Below are positions 24,221-36,367 of a DNA stretch of 64,000 bases, piece after piece (the stretch's first letter is position 1; every line of letters starts with the position of its first letter). The DNA is from Oikopleura dioica (Eukaryota; Animalia; Chordata): the NCBI GenBank assembly GCA_907165135.1, contig CAJRAX010000008.1:1-64000 (forward strand). Direction: 5' to 3'. The notes under the pieces were generated by a model, which made no database searches, was not told the origin of the DNA, and saw nothing but the letters and a program-made list of their open reading frames with translations. The translations under genes and the position numbers were made by a program.

Positions 24221-24757
24221 GGTTGTCACTTCCAACCTTTCGGGATCCCGAATGTTTCGGGATTTCCCGAATCTTTCGGGATTACTCCCGAATCTTTCAG
24301 GATTTCCCGAACCTTTCGGGATCGTCCAAATCTTTCGGGATTTTAAGTAAGGATAACATAAGAAAAAGTGGTATAAAAGCCGAATTAGGGCATTTCCCTA
24401 ATCAAAAATATAACTCTATCCGCCTTCGTTGAATTCGATGGTCTAAGAAGGCCAGAGCTTTTATAAATGTTGAATTTGTAGTCAAAGAAAATATATGCGC
24501 TCCGCGCCCGTCTTATAGAGAACCTTATGAGTTTTAGATCCACAATTCTTCGAGTAAAATATTTTTTTCCTTCGCGCCTTCATTTGCTTCAATAAAGATG
24601 TACTTCGACGTTACTGTTTGGGTTTAAATATTTTCTTTGACAGAAATTATTGAAAATTGATCCCGAAAGGTTCGAAGACAAAAAGGCCCTTTTTTGCTGC
24701 AAACGTTTCGGGAAATCCCGAAACATTCGGGATCCCGAAAGGTTGGAAGATTCAACC
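24221..24757. mobile_element. 537-bp non-autonomous TIR element (MITE; Mutator/Foldback-like)
   Basis: 9-bp TSD GTATAATCC at 24212-24220 and 24758-24766; ~50-bp TIRs (GGTTG..CTTCCAACCTTTCGGGATCCCGAA..) with subterminal TTCGGGAT repeats; no transposase ORF. Confidence 0.9.
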
Positions 24758-25028
24758 GTATAATCCCCCCTCAACAGTCATATTCATCACGGCAATTTAA
24801 CCCTCCAGCTTTTCCTCAGCGTCCGCGTTTTCAAGCTCCAAATTTTCAACAAATCGGCGCCCCTTTTTGTAATCTCTGCCAGCAGTTCGGTCACATTAAA
24901 CGACGCTGTAGTCAAATTATTTGCCATTTCTGCGGAGAACGCGGACATGTCCAGCGCGACTGTAGGCGCCAGCAATTTTTTCAAAATAATTCGCAAACCC
25001 AACCTTCTCAGAATAATCAACAGAATTC

Positions 25029-25077
25029 GGGAAACGCATAATCGGGTGGAGTTCTGGTCAAACGTCCAACCCGACTA
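25029..25077 (+). promoter_or_regulatory. -1 ribosomal frameshift signal of A: G GGA AAC plus hairpin
   Basis: Canonical X XXY YYZ heptamer at 25029-25035; pol lies in the -1 frame; TCGGGTGGA/TCCAACCCGA stem 6 nt downstream. Confidence 0.8.
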
Positions 25078-28000
25078 TTTTTATTAGTTCTGTAAATACA
25101 GTAGGTCGTCAACATTTTATACGTGCTCAACTTTTTAATAAAAACATAAAACTCATGATTGATACTGGTTCAATGATCAATATTCTCAATAAAGAACATG
25201 TGCCAGCTTCAGTCAAGATACAAAAAAATGATATAAAAATCTGTGCTTACAATAACACTGATGTTTCAGTTCTTGGCTTCATTGAAACAGATATTTTTCT
25301 TAATGGAACAAATTGGGGAAAAGCCCGATTTTATGTCGTTTCGGGAGGTCTTCAGTCAATTTTGGGTTCAGGAACAATCGAGGAATTAGAACTAAGTTTA
25401 AATTTAAAGCGAAGAAGAATAGTGAAAAGTGGCCCAATCGAGAGAATGGCTAAGATTTTTGAGCTTAAAACTAGTTTATTGAGCGATATTCCGGAGGAAG
25501 ATGATATTTTTGAAGAAATTGATCCTCGCAACGAAGAGGATAATTTTCAAGATGACAAAGTTCTCGAAGCCATATTTTCTGACACAATGACATTCAAGCC
25601 AAGAACAGAGACATTGGTGGATTTGTTTGTACCAAATATAAAAAGCAAAAAGTCATTTTTTTTTGAAAATTCGTTACTTGAATCGTGCCCACTTGAATTT
25701 ATTCCGAGTTTACAGGAAATAAGTGAAGACGATCCGATTTACCGGGTCCTTATTTTAAATAGATCGGACACTACTATAAAAATTAAAGGAGGAACAAAAG
25801 CCCTTAATCTTTGCGAAGCCGCTAAAATCGGTCAAATAAAGGATGACGTTTTACATTCAATTTTAGAAAAAATAAAAATTGGTAATATTTCAAAGAAAAA
25901 TGAGTTGATATTTTTCGACTTAATTCGTGAATTTGCATTTCTACTTTTAGAGGAAGGAGACGATCTCCCAGCGTGTTCGATTGCTGAATTTTCAATAGAT
26001 ACATTTTGTCCAGTCCCAATTTCTACTCCCCCTTATAGAACGCCTTTTGCATTGCGTAAAAAATACAAAGAAATTTTAGATTATTATTGCAATAAAAAAA
26101 TTATTGAACGTTGCGTTTCTCCTTGGTCGAGCCCGGCATTATTAGTAAAAAAGAAAAAACGGTAGTTGGCGGCTCGTTGTCGATTATAGAAAGCTTAACA
26201 AATTCACATATCAAATTCATTATCCCCTACCGAGTCTGGAAGACTCGCTAACATTTTTACAAGATAGTACATATTTTTCTAACGTTGATCTCTTTAAAGG
26301 TTTTCATCAGATTAAAAACACAGAAGAAACCGCAGATAAAACAGCATTTAGTTGCGAGTTTGGTCAATTTCGCTTTTACGAATGCCAATGGGAACAACCA
26401 ACTCACCGGGTTTTTTATGTTAATAATGGACCAAGCCCTCAAAGATATTCCAAAACCCAAGTCCTCGCTTATATGGACGATGTGGCAGTGCTCGGTAAAA
26501 CCGAAGAAGAACATTTAAAAAATCTAAGAAAATTTTTTGTCACGCTCTCGACCAATAATCTAAGATTGAATATAAATAAGTGCTCTTTTTCGATAAAGAA
26601 ATTGACTTTTGTGGATTTAACGTTAAAGATGGAAAAGTAAAACCATCGAAAGATAGAGTAAGAGCTGTTAAAAATCTTATCCTTCCTACTTCAAAAGCCG
26701 AAGCTCAGTCAGTTTTCGGAGCCTTGAATTTTCACCGGAAATATATTGCAAATTTCGCGTCAATTGCAAAACCTATAACAGAAACATATCGAGGTAATTT
26801 TAAGTGGACCCAAGAAGCATCAGACGCTTTTAATTTTCTTAAAAATTTGATCTCGGAAAAAGCGCTTGAATTATTTATACCGCCGGTTTCTGGTGGAAAA
26901 TTTGTGGTGGAGTGTGATGCAAGCGACCGGAGTTTTGGAGGAGTTCTATATTTGTGCTCGGAAAAGATTTTTCAGAAAACCATGTTCATAATTCCGGTTG
27001 TTTACGGCCATGCGCATATCACAGCGGTAATTTTTCTGACACGCAGATCAAGTATACGATTTTCGAAAAAGAAATTTTGGCCTCTAGAATTTGTATTAAT
27101 AAGTGGAGCGTTTACCTTAAATACACCAAATTTGATTTAATAACAGACAATGGAAATATGAAATATTTAAATTCGCTAAAAACAAATAATTCAAGAATTC
27201 AAAGATGGATAGCTGAGCTTATGACATTCGATTATAAAATTCTTCAGAAACCATCAAGCGCTCTTAAGATTTCAGATTATCTATCAAGATACCCCGGGAA
27301 AACAGAAAAACCACAATATCTCTCCTTAAAATCGATCCAAAAAATTTTATCGAGCTTCAAAAATTGGACCCAATTTTACGGCTTATAAGGGAATACGTCA
27401 AAATCGACAGATGGCCGAATAATCCGACAGAAAAGATTTCATATTATCTATTGCACCGGAAAAAATTATGTTTTCTTGAATCAGGGGAGCTCATTTTGAG
27501 AGAAGGAAATCTGGACAAATTTTGCGTACCAGAAGTTTTGCGTTCCGATCTTATGCATGAATATCATAAAGGTGGTCATTCTGGAATAGAAATAACATTT
27601 TCAAAATTAAATCAGAAATATTTTTGGGAAAAAATGCGCCAAGATGTAATCGAGTTTATCAGATCATGCAAATACTGTCAATTGAGTAAACCAAATTGTA
27701 ATCCAAATAGAGCCGCCCCAAAAACATTTCCATCTCCAACAGGGCCTTATCAACAAATGGGTTTTGATATGATCGGTCCTCTCCGGCCGACGGACAGTGG
27801 AAATATTTACATTTTCACCGCTATTGATTTTTTTAGTAAAAAAGCGTATGGATTGCCATTAAATTCCAAAAAATCAGAATACCTTCTCAATAAATTTAAG
27901 TCTATTCTCTTTTCGAACCCAATTTTTCCAAAATTGTTAATTTTCGATAACGCTCCTGAATTTTCCAAAATTCGTGAATTTTGTGCGGAAAATAACATCG

Positions 28001-28689
28001 AGCTAAAAACAAGCCCACCAAGACATCCAGCAACTAATGGCAGTGTCGAGAATTTCAATCGAACGCTAAAGAGCCGGCTCAAAGCCCGATGTCAGTTTAT
28101 CAATTGGGATCATTGTCTTTCTGAAACCCTTCATGAAATTAATAGTTCAAAGCATTCAGTCACAAAATTTTCTCCATTTTCAATAGAAACAGGGATTGAG
28201 GTTCCACATTTTTTGAATGACCCAAACTGGAGAGAGTATAGGGATAAAATTGATATTGATTTTCAAGCCATAAAAGATAATATCGACGAAGAAAAATCTC
28301 GGAGATGTGCAAGACTAAAAAATGATAAATTCCAAGAATACGCCCTGAATGAAAAAGTCTTGATAAGAAATTTTCGATCAAACAATCCTCCATTTATTGG
28401 CCCTTACATAATTGTCAATAAAACGCCCACTGTGTATTCTTGTCGAGATCTAGAGACGGGCAAAATTCTTGTTCGCCATGCAAACGATTTAAGGAAATTT
28501 TACGAGCGCAAAGATTCAATTCCCTTAAATTTCAATCATGATAGTGAGAAGAAAACAAGAGACTGTCTCGATAATAAAAATTCGATTAATGAGCTAACAT
28601 ATGTTGAGTTTTTCTCCATCACGGCAGAACATCAATCGCAATTTGAATTTCCGAAAAATTCTATGTCGGACTCGGAATCATCAACAACA
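25035..28689 (+). pseudogene. pol: Gypsy-A pol, first copy (PR-RT-RH-IN), several frameshifts, ends at the duplication junction
   Basis: ORF pieces 25155-26165, 26580-27140, 26954-27388 and 27364 onward; the breaks fall in homopolymers. Confidence 0.9.
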
Positions 28690-28690
28690 T

Positions 28691-31600
28691 TCCTTATTTT
28701 AAATAGATCGGACACTACTATAAAAATTAAAGGAGGAACAAAAGCCCTTAATCTTTGCGAAGCCGCTAAAATCGGTCAAATAAAGGATGACGTTTTACAT
28801 TCAATTTTAGAAAAAATAAAAATTGGTAATATTTCAAAGAAAAATGAGTTGATATTTTTCGACTTAATTCGTGAATTTGCATTTCTACTTTTAGAGGAAG
28901 GAGACGATCTCCCAGCGTGTTCGATTGCTGAATTTTCAATAGATACATTTTGTCCAGTCCCAATTTCTACTCCCCCCTTATAGAACGCCTTTTGCATTGC
29001 GTAAAAAATACAAAGAAATTTTAGATTATTATTGCAATAAAAAAATTATTGAACGTTGCGTTTCTCCTTGGTCGAGCCCGGCATTATTAGTAAAAAAGAA
29101 AAACGGTAGTTGGCGGCTCGTTGTCGATTATAGAAAGCTTAACAAATTCACATATCAAATTCATTATCCCCTACCGAGTCTGGAAGACTCGCTAACATTT
29201 TTACAAGATAGTACATATTTTTCTAACGTTGATCTCTTTAAAGGTTTTCATCAGATTAAAAACACAGAAGAAACCGCAGATAAAACAGCATTTAGTTGCG
29301 AGTTTGGTCAATTTCGCTTTTTACGAATGCCAATGGGAACAACCAACTCACCGGGTTTTTTTATGTTAATAATGGACCAAGCCCTCAAAGATATTCCAAA
29401 AACCCAAGTCCTCGCTTATATGGACGATGTGGCAGTGCTCGGTAAAACCGAAGAAGAACATTTAAAAAATCTAAGAAAATTTTTTGTCACGCTCTCGACC
29501 AATAATCTAAGATTGAATATAAATAAGTGCTCTTTTTTCGATAAAGAAATTGACTTTTGTGGATTTAACGTTAAAGATGGAAAAGTAAAACCATCGAAAG
29601 ATAGAGTAAGAGCTGTTAAAAATCTTATCCTTCCTACTTCAAAAGCCGAAGCTCAGTCAGTTTTCGGAGCCTTGAATTTTCACCGGAAATATATTGCAAA
29701 TTTCGCGTCAATTGCAAAACCTATAACAGAAACATATCGAGGTAATTTTAAGTGGACCCAAGAAGCATCAGACGCTTTTAATTTTCTTAAAAATTTGATC
29801 TCGGAAAAAGCGCTTGAATTATTTATACCGCCGGTTTCTGGTGGAAAATTTGTGGTGGAGTGTGATGCAAGCGACCGGAGTTTTGGAGGAGTTCTATATT
29901 TGTGCTCGGAAAAGATTTTTTCAGAAAACCATGTTCATAATTCCGGTTGTTTACGGCCATGCGCATATCACAGCGGTAATTTTTCTGACACGCAGATCAA
30001 GTATACGATTTTCGAAAAAGAAATTTTGGCCTCTAGAATTTGTATTAATAAGTGGAGCGTTTACCTTAAATACACCAAATTTGATTTAATAACAGACAAT
30101 GGAAATATGAAATATTTAAATTCGCTAAAAACAAATAATTCAAGAATTCAAAGATGGATAGCTGAGCTTATGACATTCGATTATAAAATTCTTCAGAAAC
30201 CATCAAGCGCTCTTAAGATTTCAGATTATCTATCAAGATACCCCGGGAAAACAGAAAAAACCACAATATCTCTCCTTAAAATCGATCCAAAAAATTTTAT
30301 CGAGCTTCAAAAATTGGACCCAATTTTACGGCTTATAAGGGAATACGTCAAAATCGACAGATGGCCGAATAATCCGACAGAAAAGATTTCATATTATCTA
30401 TTGCACCGGAAAAAATTATGTTTTCTTGAATCAGGGGAGCTCATTTTGAGAGAAGGAAATCTGGACAAATTTTGCGTACCAGAAGTTTTGCGTTCCGATC
30501 TTATGCATGAATATCATAAAGGTGGTCATTCTGGAATAGAAATAACATTTTCAAAATTAAATCAGAAATATTTTTGGGAAAAAATGCGCCAAGATGTAAT
30601 CGAGTTTATCAGATCATGCAAATACTGTCAATTGAGTAAACCAAATTGTAATCCAAATAGAGCCGCCCCAAAAACATTTCCATCTCCAACAGGGCCTTAT
30701 CAACAAATGGGTTTTGATATGATCGGTCCTCTCCGGCCGACGGACAGTGGAAATATTTACATTTTCACCGCTATTGATTTTTTTAGTAAAAAAGCGTATG
30801 GATTGCCATTAAATTCCAAAAAATCAGAATACCTTCTCAATAAATTTAAGTCTATTCTCTTTTCGAACCCAATTTTTCCAAAATTGTTAATTTTCGATAA
30901 CGCTCCTGAATTTTCCAAAATTCGTGAATTTTGTGCGGAAAATAACATCGAGCTAAAAACAAGCCCACCAAGACATCCAGCAACTAATGGCAGTGTCGAG
31001 AATTTCAATCGAACGCTAAAGAGCCGGCTCAAAGCCCGATGTCAGTTTATCAATTGGGATCATTGTCTTTCTGAAACCCTTCATGAAATTAATAGTTCAA
31101 AGCATTCAGTCACAAAATTTTCTCCATTTTCAATAGAAACAGGGATTGAGGTTCCACATTTTTTGAATGACCCAAACTGGAGAGAGTATAGGGATAAAAT
31201 TGATATTGATTTTCAAGCCATAAAAGATAATATCGACGAAGAAAATCTCGGAGATGTGCAAGACTAAAAATGATAAATTCCAAGAATACGCCCTGAATGA
31301 AAAAGTCTTGATAAGAAATTTTCGATCAAACAATCCTCCATTTATTGGCCCTTACATAATTGTCAATAAAACGCCCACTGTGTATTCTTGTCGAGATCTA
31401 GAGACGGGCAAAATTCTTGTTCGCCATGCAAACGATTTAAGGAAATTTTACGAGCGCAAAGATTCAATTCCCTTAAATTTCAATCATGATAGTGAGAAGA
31501 AAACAAGAGACTGTCTCGATAATAAAAATTCGATTAATGAGCTAACATATGTTGAGTTTTTCTCCATCACGGCAGAACATCAATCGCAATTTGAATTTCC

Positions 31601-32688
31601 GAAAAATTCTATGTCGGACTCGGAATCATCAACAACAGAATCAAGCTCTGATAGTTTAGACATCGAGGAATTCAAAAACACGCTCATTTTAAAGGATTAC
31701 GAAAATCTAATAAACTTAAATATAATTGAGATTTTTAAAGAGGCTTATCTCGAGGTGAAGGAAATCTCACAAAGTAATCAGGGGATATTCAAAATGTTAG
31801 TGAGGTCAATGAGAGAGATGACATTTTTGAGGAAACTTCATTAGAGGATCTCGATATCGTAGCGGGTTCGTCAGCAATTTTACCTTCTAGAAATCAAACT
31901 GTTCGTCAGATTGAATTTTCGGGCGACTTAACATCATATGACAAACTTGATATAAGTGCAAATAGAAACGCCAAACGCGCAAGGGGAAGCTCTGGAGAAT
32001 TGTCGGATAACCAAGTTTCTAAAAAGCCTTTTCTCATTCAAAACCAGTCAATGCCCCGAGTCAAACAGTAAAAATTCGACAACAAATTGATAAAACTATT
32101 TTGATGGACTCAGAAATAACGCAAAGCTCTGTTCGACTTCCAAAAACAAGAACAAACGAATTAATGAATGAAGCAGAAATGCTTGATTTTGAAGGTTGCC
32201 AGATTGGTATTATTTTGGAAAACAAAAACGAGAATTTTTTTAACGAAGTAAGGCAGGGATTACATGATTTTAAAAAGAATAGGAAAATCGGTAATGGGTT
32301 CATTCTAAAAATGTCCGAATTGCCAAAAGAAACATTGATATCAATCCTCGCTGATTTTGGCGAAACGCATTCTCCTACAGATAACAAATCAGAATTAGGT
32401 AATAAAGTGAAATTTTGGATCATCAAGAATCATAATAATTGGCAAAAATCAAGCTCGGGAGAGTTGCTTTTTCTAGCTATTTTGCAAATAAAAAGAGAAA
32501 CACCTCTTTCGCAGTTTTCTTTATACGAACTCAAGTGTCTTTGTTCCTTTTATTCTCTTGAAAAAATTCCAAACACGTTTATTAACAAAAAATCAAACAT
32601 TCGTGAATTTATTATCGCTCAATTTTCTTCTTTCTTTCCAAATCATCCGACAAAAAATGGTGAACTTGTTTTTTATCCAGACACTTGA
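28691..32688 (+). pseudogene. pol: Gypsy-A pol, duplicated second copy (RT-RH-IN plus C-terminal extension)
   Basis: ORF 28997-31267 (YMDD, CDAS, HHCC, DDE), then 31254-31844 and 32101-32688, separated by homopolymer frameshifts. Confidence 0.9.
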
Positions 32689-32755
32689 GCTCGATATCGG
32701 GCTAAAAATATTCGAAGGCAAAAGATGCTCATTTAAGACCCTGGCGTGGCCATGG

Positions 32756-33920
32756 TGATACCTTCTGAATAAACAACAAAAAAAAATGAAAAAAAATATT
32801 GCTCACAAATAAGCCCGTAGTGCATGAAAAAAAATCAATAAGAGCCATATTGATTTTCCCTTGAGCCCTTAACTAAGTGGGTAAAGTTTTTTCGTTAATT
32901 TAATCAGAGAAAAATTAAGGGTTCAAGGGCTTTCTCAAAAATAATAATTGGTTAGGGAGTTACTGCACGTACGCGTGTATCACAACTATAAATCATTGCA
33001 TGAAAAGGATGATTGTTAAATCGCTTAGAATCACACATATCTATGCCTTTATTTACAGTGTTGATTGTAAATAAAAGTATAAGAAGCTCTTAGGACAATT
33101 ATTTCTGAAAAAATCTTTTCTTTCTGTTATAAAAAAAATTCTACGAACCGCTGAGGAACGACTGCTGCTTCTCTTCCTTGATTTTCTTCGACGTTGGGAC
33201 TTATCATCCTTACATGCTTCGCTTCCACGAAAGTGGCTTTTCGCAAAGTAGCCTGGAGCAGAATATCTCAATATGGCAAACCGCGAATTTAAGCGCGACA
33301 TGGTAATCAAAGCTTTCGAGCCCGTTACGGCTGCCTTTTTAGTTTTTCTGACCAAAAGACGAAGATTGCAACTACACAGCGTGCCGATTGTGGAGACAAC
33401 AACGACTACTACTTCTACTACAACTTGGACAACGATTTAAACGCCTGGAACGACTACGATTTGCTTAACGGCTTTGGAAACCTAGAAATACTCTATCAAT
33501 TGGTGGGTCACATAGTGAGAAAACCGGTTGAAAGAGTCATTTCAAGAAAAATGCGCCAGCTGTGGCAAAGAAAAATACAGAAAAATGAAATTTTAAAGGA
33601 CGAAAATTATGTAACCGCGATCATTGGGGTTACATAATGAAGATTATGAAAATTATATAATGGCTATTTTGCCTTTGGAAAAATTAAAAATGAAAAATTT
33701 CATCAGAAAGTTACATAACGCGAGCAACAATGGACAAAAATGGCGCCATGACTTCTTAACAATGGAAATCCAGCGCGAACCGGTTGGCAAAAACTTGACC
33801 TTTTCCATTTTCAAAATTTGCTCTTCATTCTTGATCTTTCAATAAATCACCAACAGCAATTAAAATTTTTTAGTATTTATAGCAAGAATCGTTTTGAGAA
33901 AATTAGCAGGAATCGTATCA
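32756..33920 (+). repeat. LTR-A (3')
   Basis: Direct repeat of 22102-23268; followed by satellite. Confidence 0.95.
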
Positions 33921-36367
33921 ATGACCATCGAAATAAAATTTTTTTTTTGATTTATTTTCTGTTGGGTTTGAGAGGCTCAGAATCAACCAAAATGATACTC
34001 GGGAGACGGCAGAAACGCTGCAAATAAAAAAAGGGGAAAAAACGAAATTTCAAAATTTTGACCTCGTTTTTGGGCGATTAATGATAACGATGACCATCGA
34101 AAAAAAATTTTTTTTTTGAATTATTTTCTGTTGGGTTTGAGAGGCTCAGAATCAACCAAAATGACGCTCGGATGACGGCAGAAATGCTGCAAATAAAATT
34201 AGAGCAAAAACGAAATTTCAAAATTTTGACCTCGTTTTTGGGCGATTCATGATAACGATGACCATCGAAAAAAAAATTTTTTTTTTGAATTATTTTTTCT
34301 GTTGGGTTTGATAAGCTCAGAATCAACCAAAATGACGCTCGGAAGACGGCAGAAACGCTGCAAATAAAATTAGAGCAAAAAACGAATTTTCAAAACTTTG
34401 ACCTCGTTTTTGGGCGATTCATGATAACGATGACCATCGAAAAAAAAATTTTTTTTTGAATTTTTTTTCTGTTGGGTTTGAGAGGCTCAGAATCAACCAA
34501 AATGACGCTCGGAAGACAGCAGAAACGCTGCAAATAAAATTAGGGCAAAAAACGAAATTCCAAAATTTTGACCTCGTTTTTGGGCGATTCATGATAACGA
34601 TGACCATCGAAAAAAAATTTTTTTTTTGGTTTTTTTTCTGTTGGGTTTGAGAGGCTCATAATCAACCAAAATGATACTCGGGAGACGGCAGAAACGCTGC
34701 AAATAAAATTAGGGCAACAAACGTAATTTCAAAATTTTGACTTCGTTTTTGGGCGATTCATGTTAACGATGACCATCGAAAAAAAAATTTTTTTTTTGAA
34801 TTTTCCTTCTGTTGGGTTTGAGAGGCTCAGAATCAACCAGAATGACGCTCGGATGACGACAGAAACGCTGCAAATAAAAAAAGGGGAAAAAAAGAAATTT
34901 CAAAATTTTGACCTCGTTTTTGGGCGATTCATGATAACGATGACCATCGAAAAAAAATTTTTTTTTGAATTTTCCTTCTGTTGGGTTTGAGAGGCTCAGA
35001 ATCAACCAGAATGACGCTCGGATGACGGCAGAAACGCTGCAAATAAAAAAGGGGAAAAAAGAAATTTCAAAATTTTGACCTCGTTTTTGGGCGATATATG
35101 ATAACGATGACCATCGAAAAATTTTTTTGAATTTTTTTCTGTTGGGTTTGAGAGGCTCAGATTCAACCAAAATGACGCTCGGATGACGGCAGAAACGCTG
35201 CAAATAAAATAAGGGCAAAAACGAAATTTCAAAATTTTGACCTCGTTTTTGGGCGATTCATGATAACGATGACCATCGAAAAAAATTTTTTTGAATTTTT
35301 TTCTGTTGGGTTTGAGAGGCTCAGAATCAACCAAAATGACGCTTGGAAGACAGCAGAAACGCTGCAAATAAAATAAGGGAAAAACGAAATTTCAAAATTT
35401 GGACCTCGTTTTTGGGCGATTCATGATAACGATGACCATCGAAAAATTTTTTTGAATTATTTTCTGTTGGGTTTGAGAGGCTCAGAATCAACCAAAATGA
35501 CGCTTGGATGACTGCAGAAATGCTGCAAATATAATTAGAGCAAAAACGAATTTTCAAAATTTTTGTGTGAATTCGGGGAGTATTTTGAGGCTTAGTTTGA
35601 GCTCAATTTCGCCGGTGACACTTATCAAAATTTTTTTCTCTTTTTTCCGGTATTGTATCAGAATCAACCAAAATGACGCTCGGGAGACGGCAGAAACGCT
35701 GCAAATAAAATTAGAGCAAAAAACGAAATTTCAAAATTTTGACCTCGTTTTTGGGCGATTCATGATAACGATGACCATCGAAAAATAAATTTTTTTTTTG
35801 AATTTTTTTTCTGTTGGGTTTGAGAGGCTCAGAATCAACCAAAATGACGCTCGGATGACGGCAGAAAGGCTTTAAATAAAATTAGAGCAAAAAACGAATT
35901 TTCAAAATTTTGACCTCGTTTTTGGGCGATTCATGATAACGATGACCATCGAAAAAAAATTTTTTTTTTGAATTATTTTCTGTTGGGTTTGAGAGGCTCA
36001 GAATCAACCAAAATGACGCTCGGATGACGGCAGAAATGCTGCTAATAAAATTAGGGCAAAAAACGAAATTCCAAAATTTTGACCTCGTTTTTGGGCGATT
36101 CATGATAACGATGACCATCGAAAAAAAAATTTTTTTTTTGGTTTTTTTTTCTGTTGGGTTTGAGAGGCTCATAATCAACCAAAATGATACTCGGGAGACG
36201 GCAGAAACGCTGCAAATAAAATTAGGGCAAAAAACGAAATTCCAAAATTTTGACCTCGTTTTTGGGCGATTCATGATAACGATGACCATCGAAAAAAAAA
36301 ATTTTTTTTTTGAATTTTTTTTCTGTTGGGTTTGAGAGGCTCATAATAAACCAAAATGATACTCGGG
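33921..36367. repeat. ~170-bp AT-rich satellite, block 1
   Basis: Monomer TGATAACGATGACCATCG(A)n(T)n..CTGTTGGGTTTGAGAGGCTCAGAATCAACC..GGGCGATTCA; starts at 34082, 34250 and 34422 give periods of 168 and 172. Confidence 0.97.
35563..35660 (-). mobile_element. ~100-bp relic of an LTR-B-type terminus embedded in satellite (also 48039-48139 and 51944-52045)
   Basis: TTGTGTGAATTCGGGGAG...CCGGTATTGTATCA matches ~37815-37918 with a few shared substitutions. Confidence 0.9.

Larger units (their letters stand above)
23269..25041 (+). pseudogene. gag: Gypsy-A gag, interrupted by a MITE
   Basis: Removing 24221-24766 restores the frame (GPNSGII|PPQQSY); knuckles CNLCQQFGHIKRRC and CHFCGERGHVQRDC. Confidence 0.9.
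22102..33920 (+). mobile_element. Gypsy-A LTR retrotransposon (Ty3/Gypsy), LTR to LTR
   Basis: Two ~1166-bp LTRs; gag with two CCHC knuckles; pol order PR (IDTGS), RT (YMDD), RH, IN; right flank is satellite ATGAC. Confidence 0.97.

Noticed and set aside
25155-32100. Multiple programmed frameshifts within pol-A and the X ORFs
   Set aside because: They occur in homopolymers and differ between near-identical copies; more likely consensus errors or decay.
34230-34250. CENP-B box in the satellite (CCTCGTTTTTGGGCG)
   Set aside because: Does not fit the TTCG....A..CGGG consensus.
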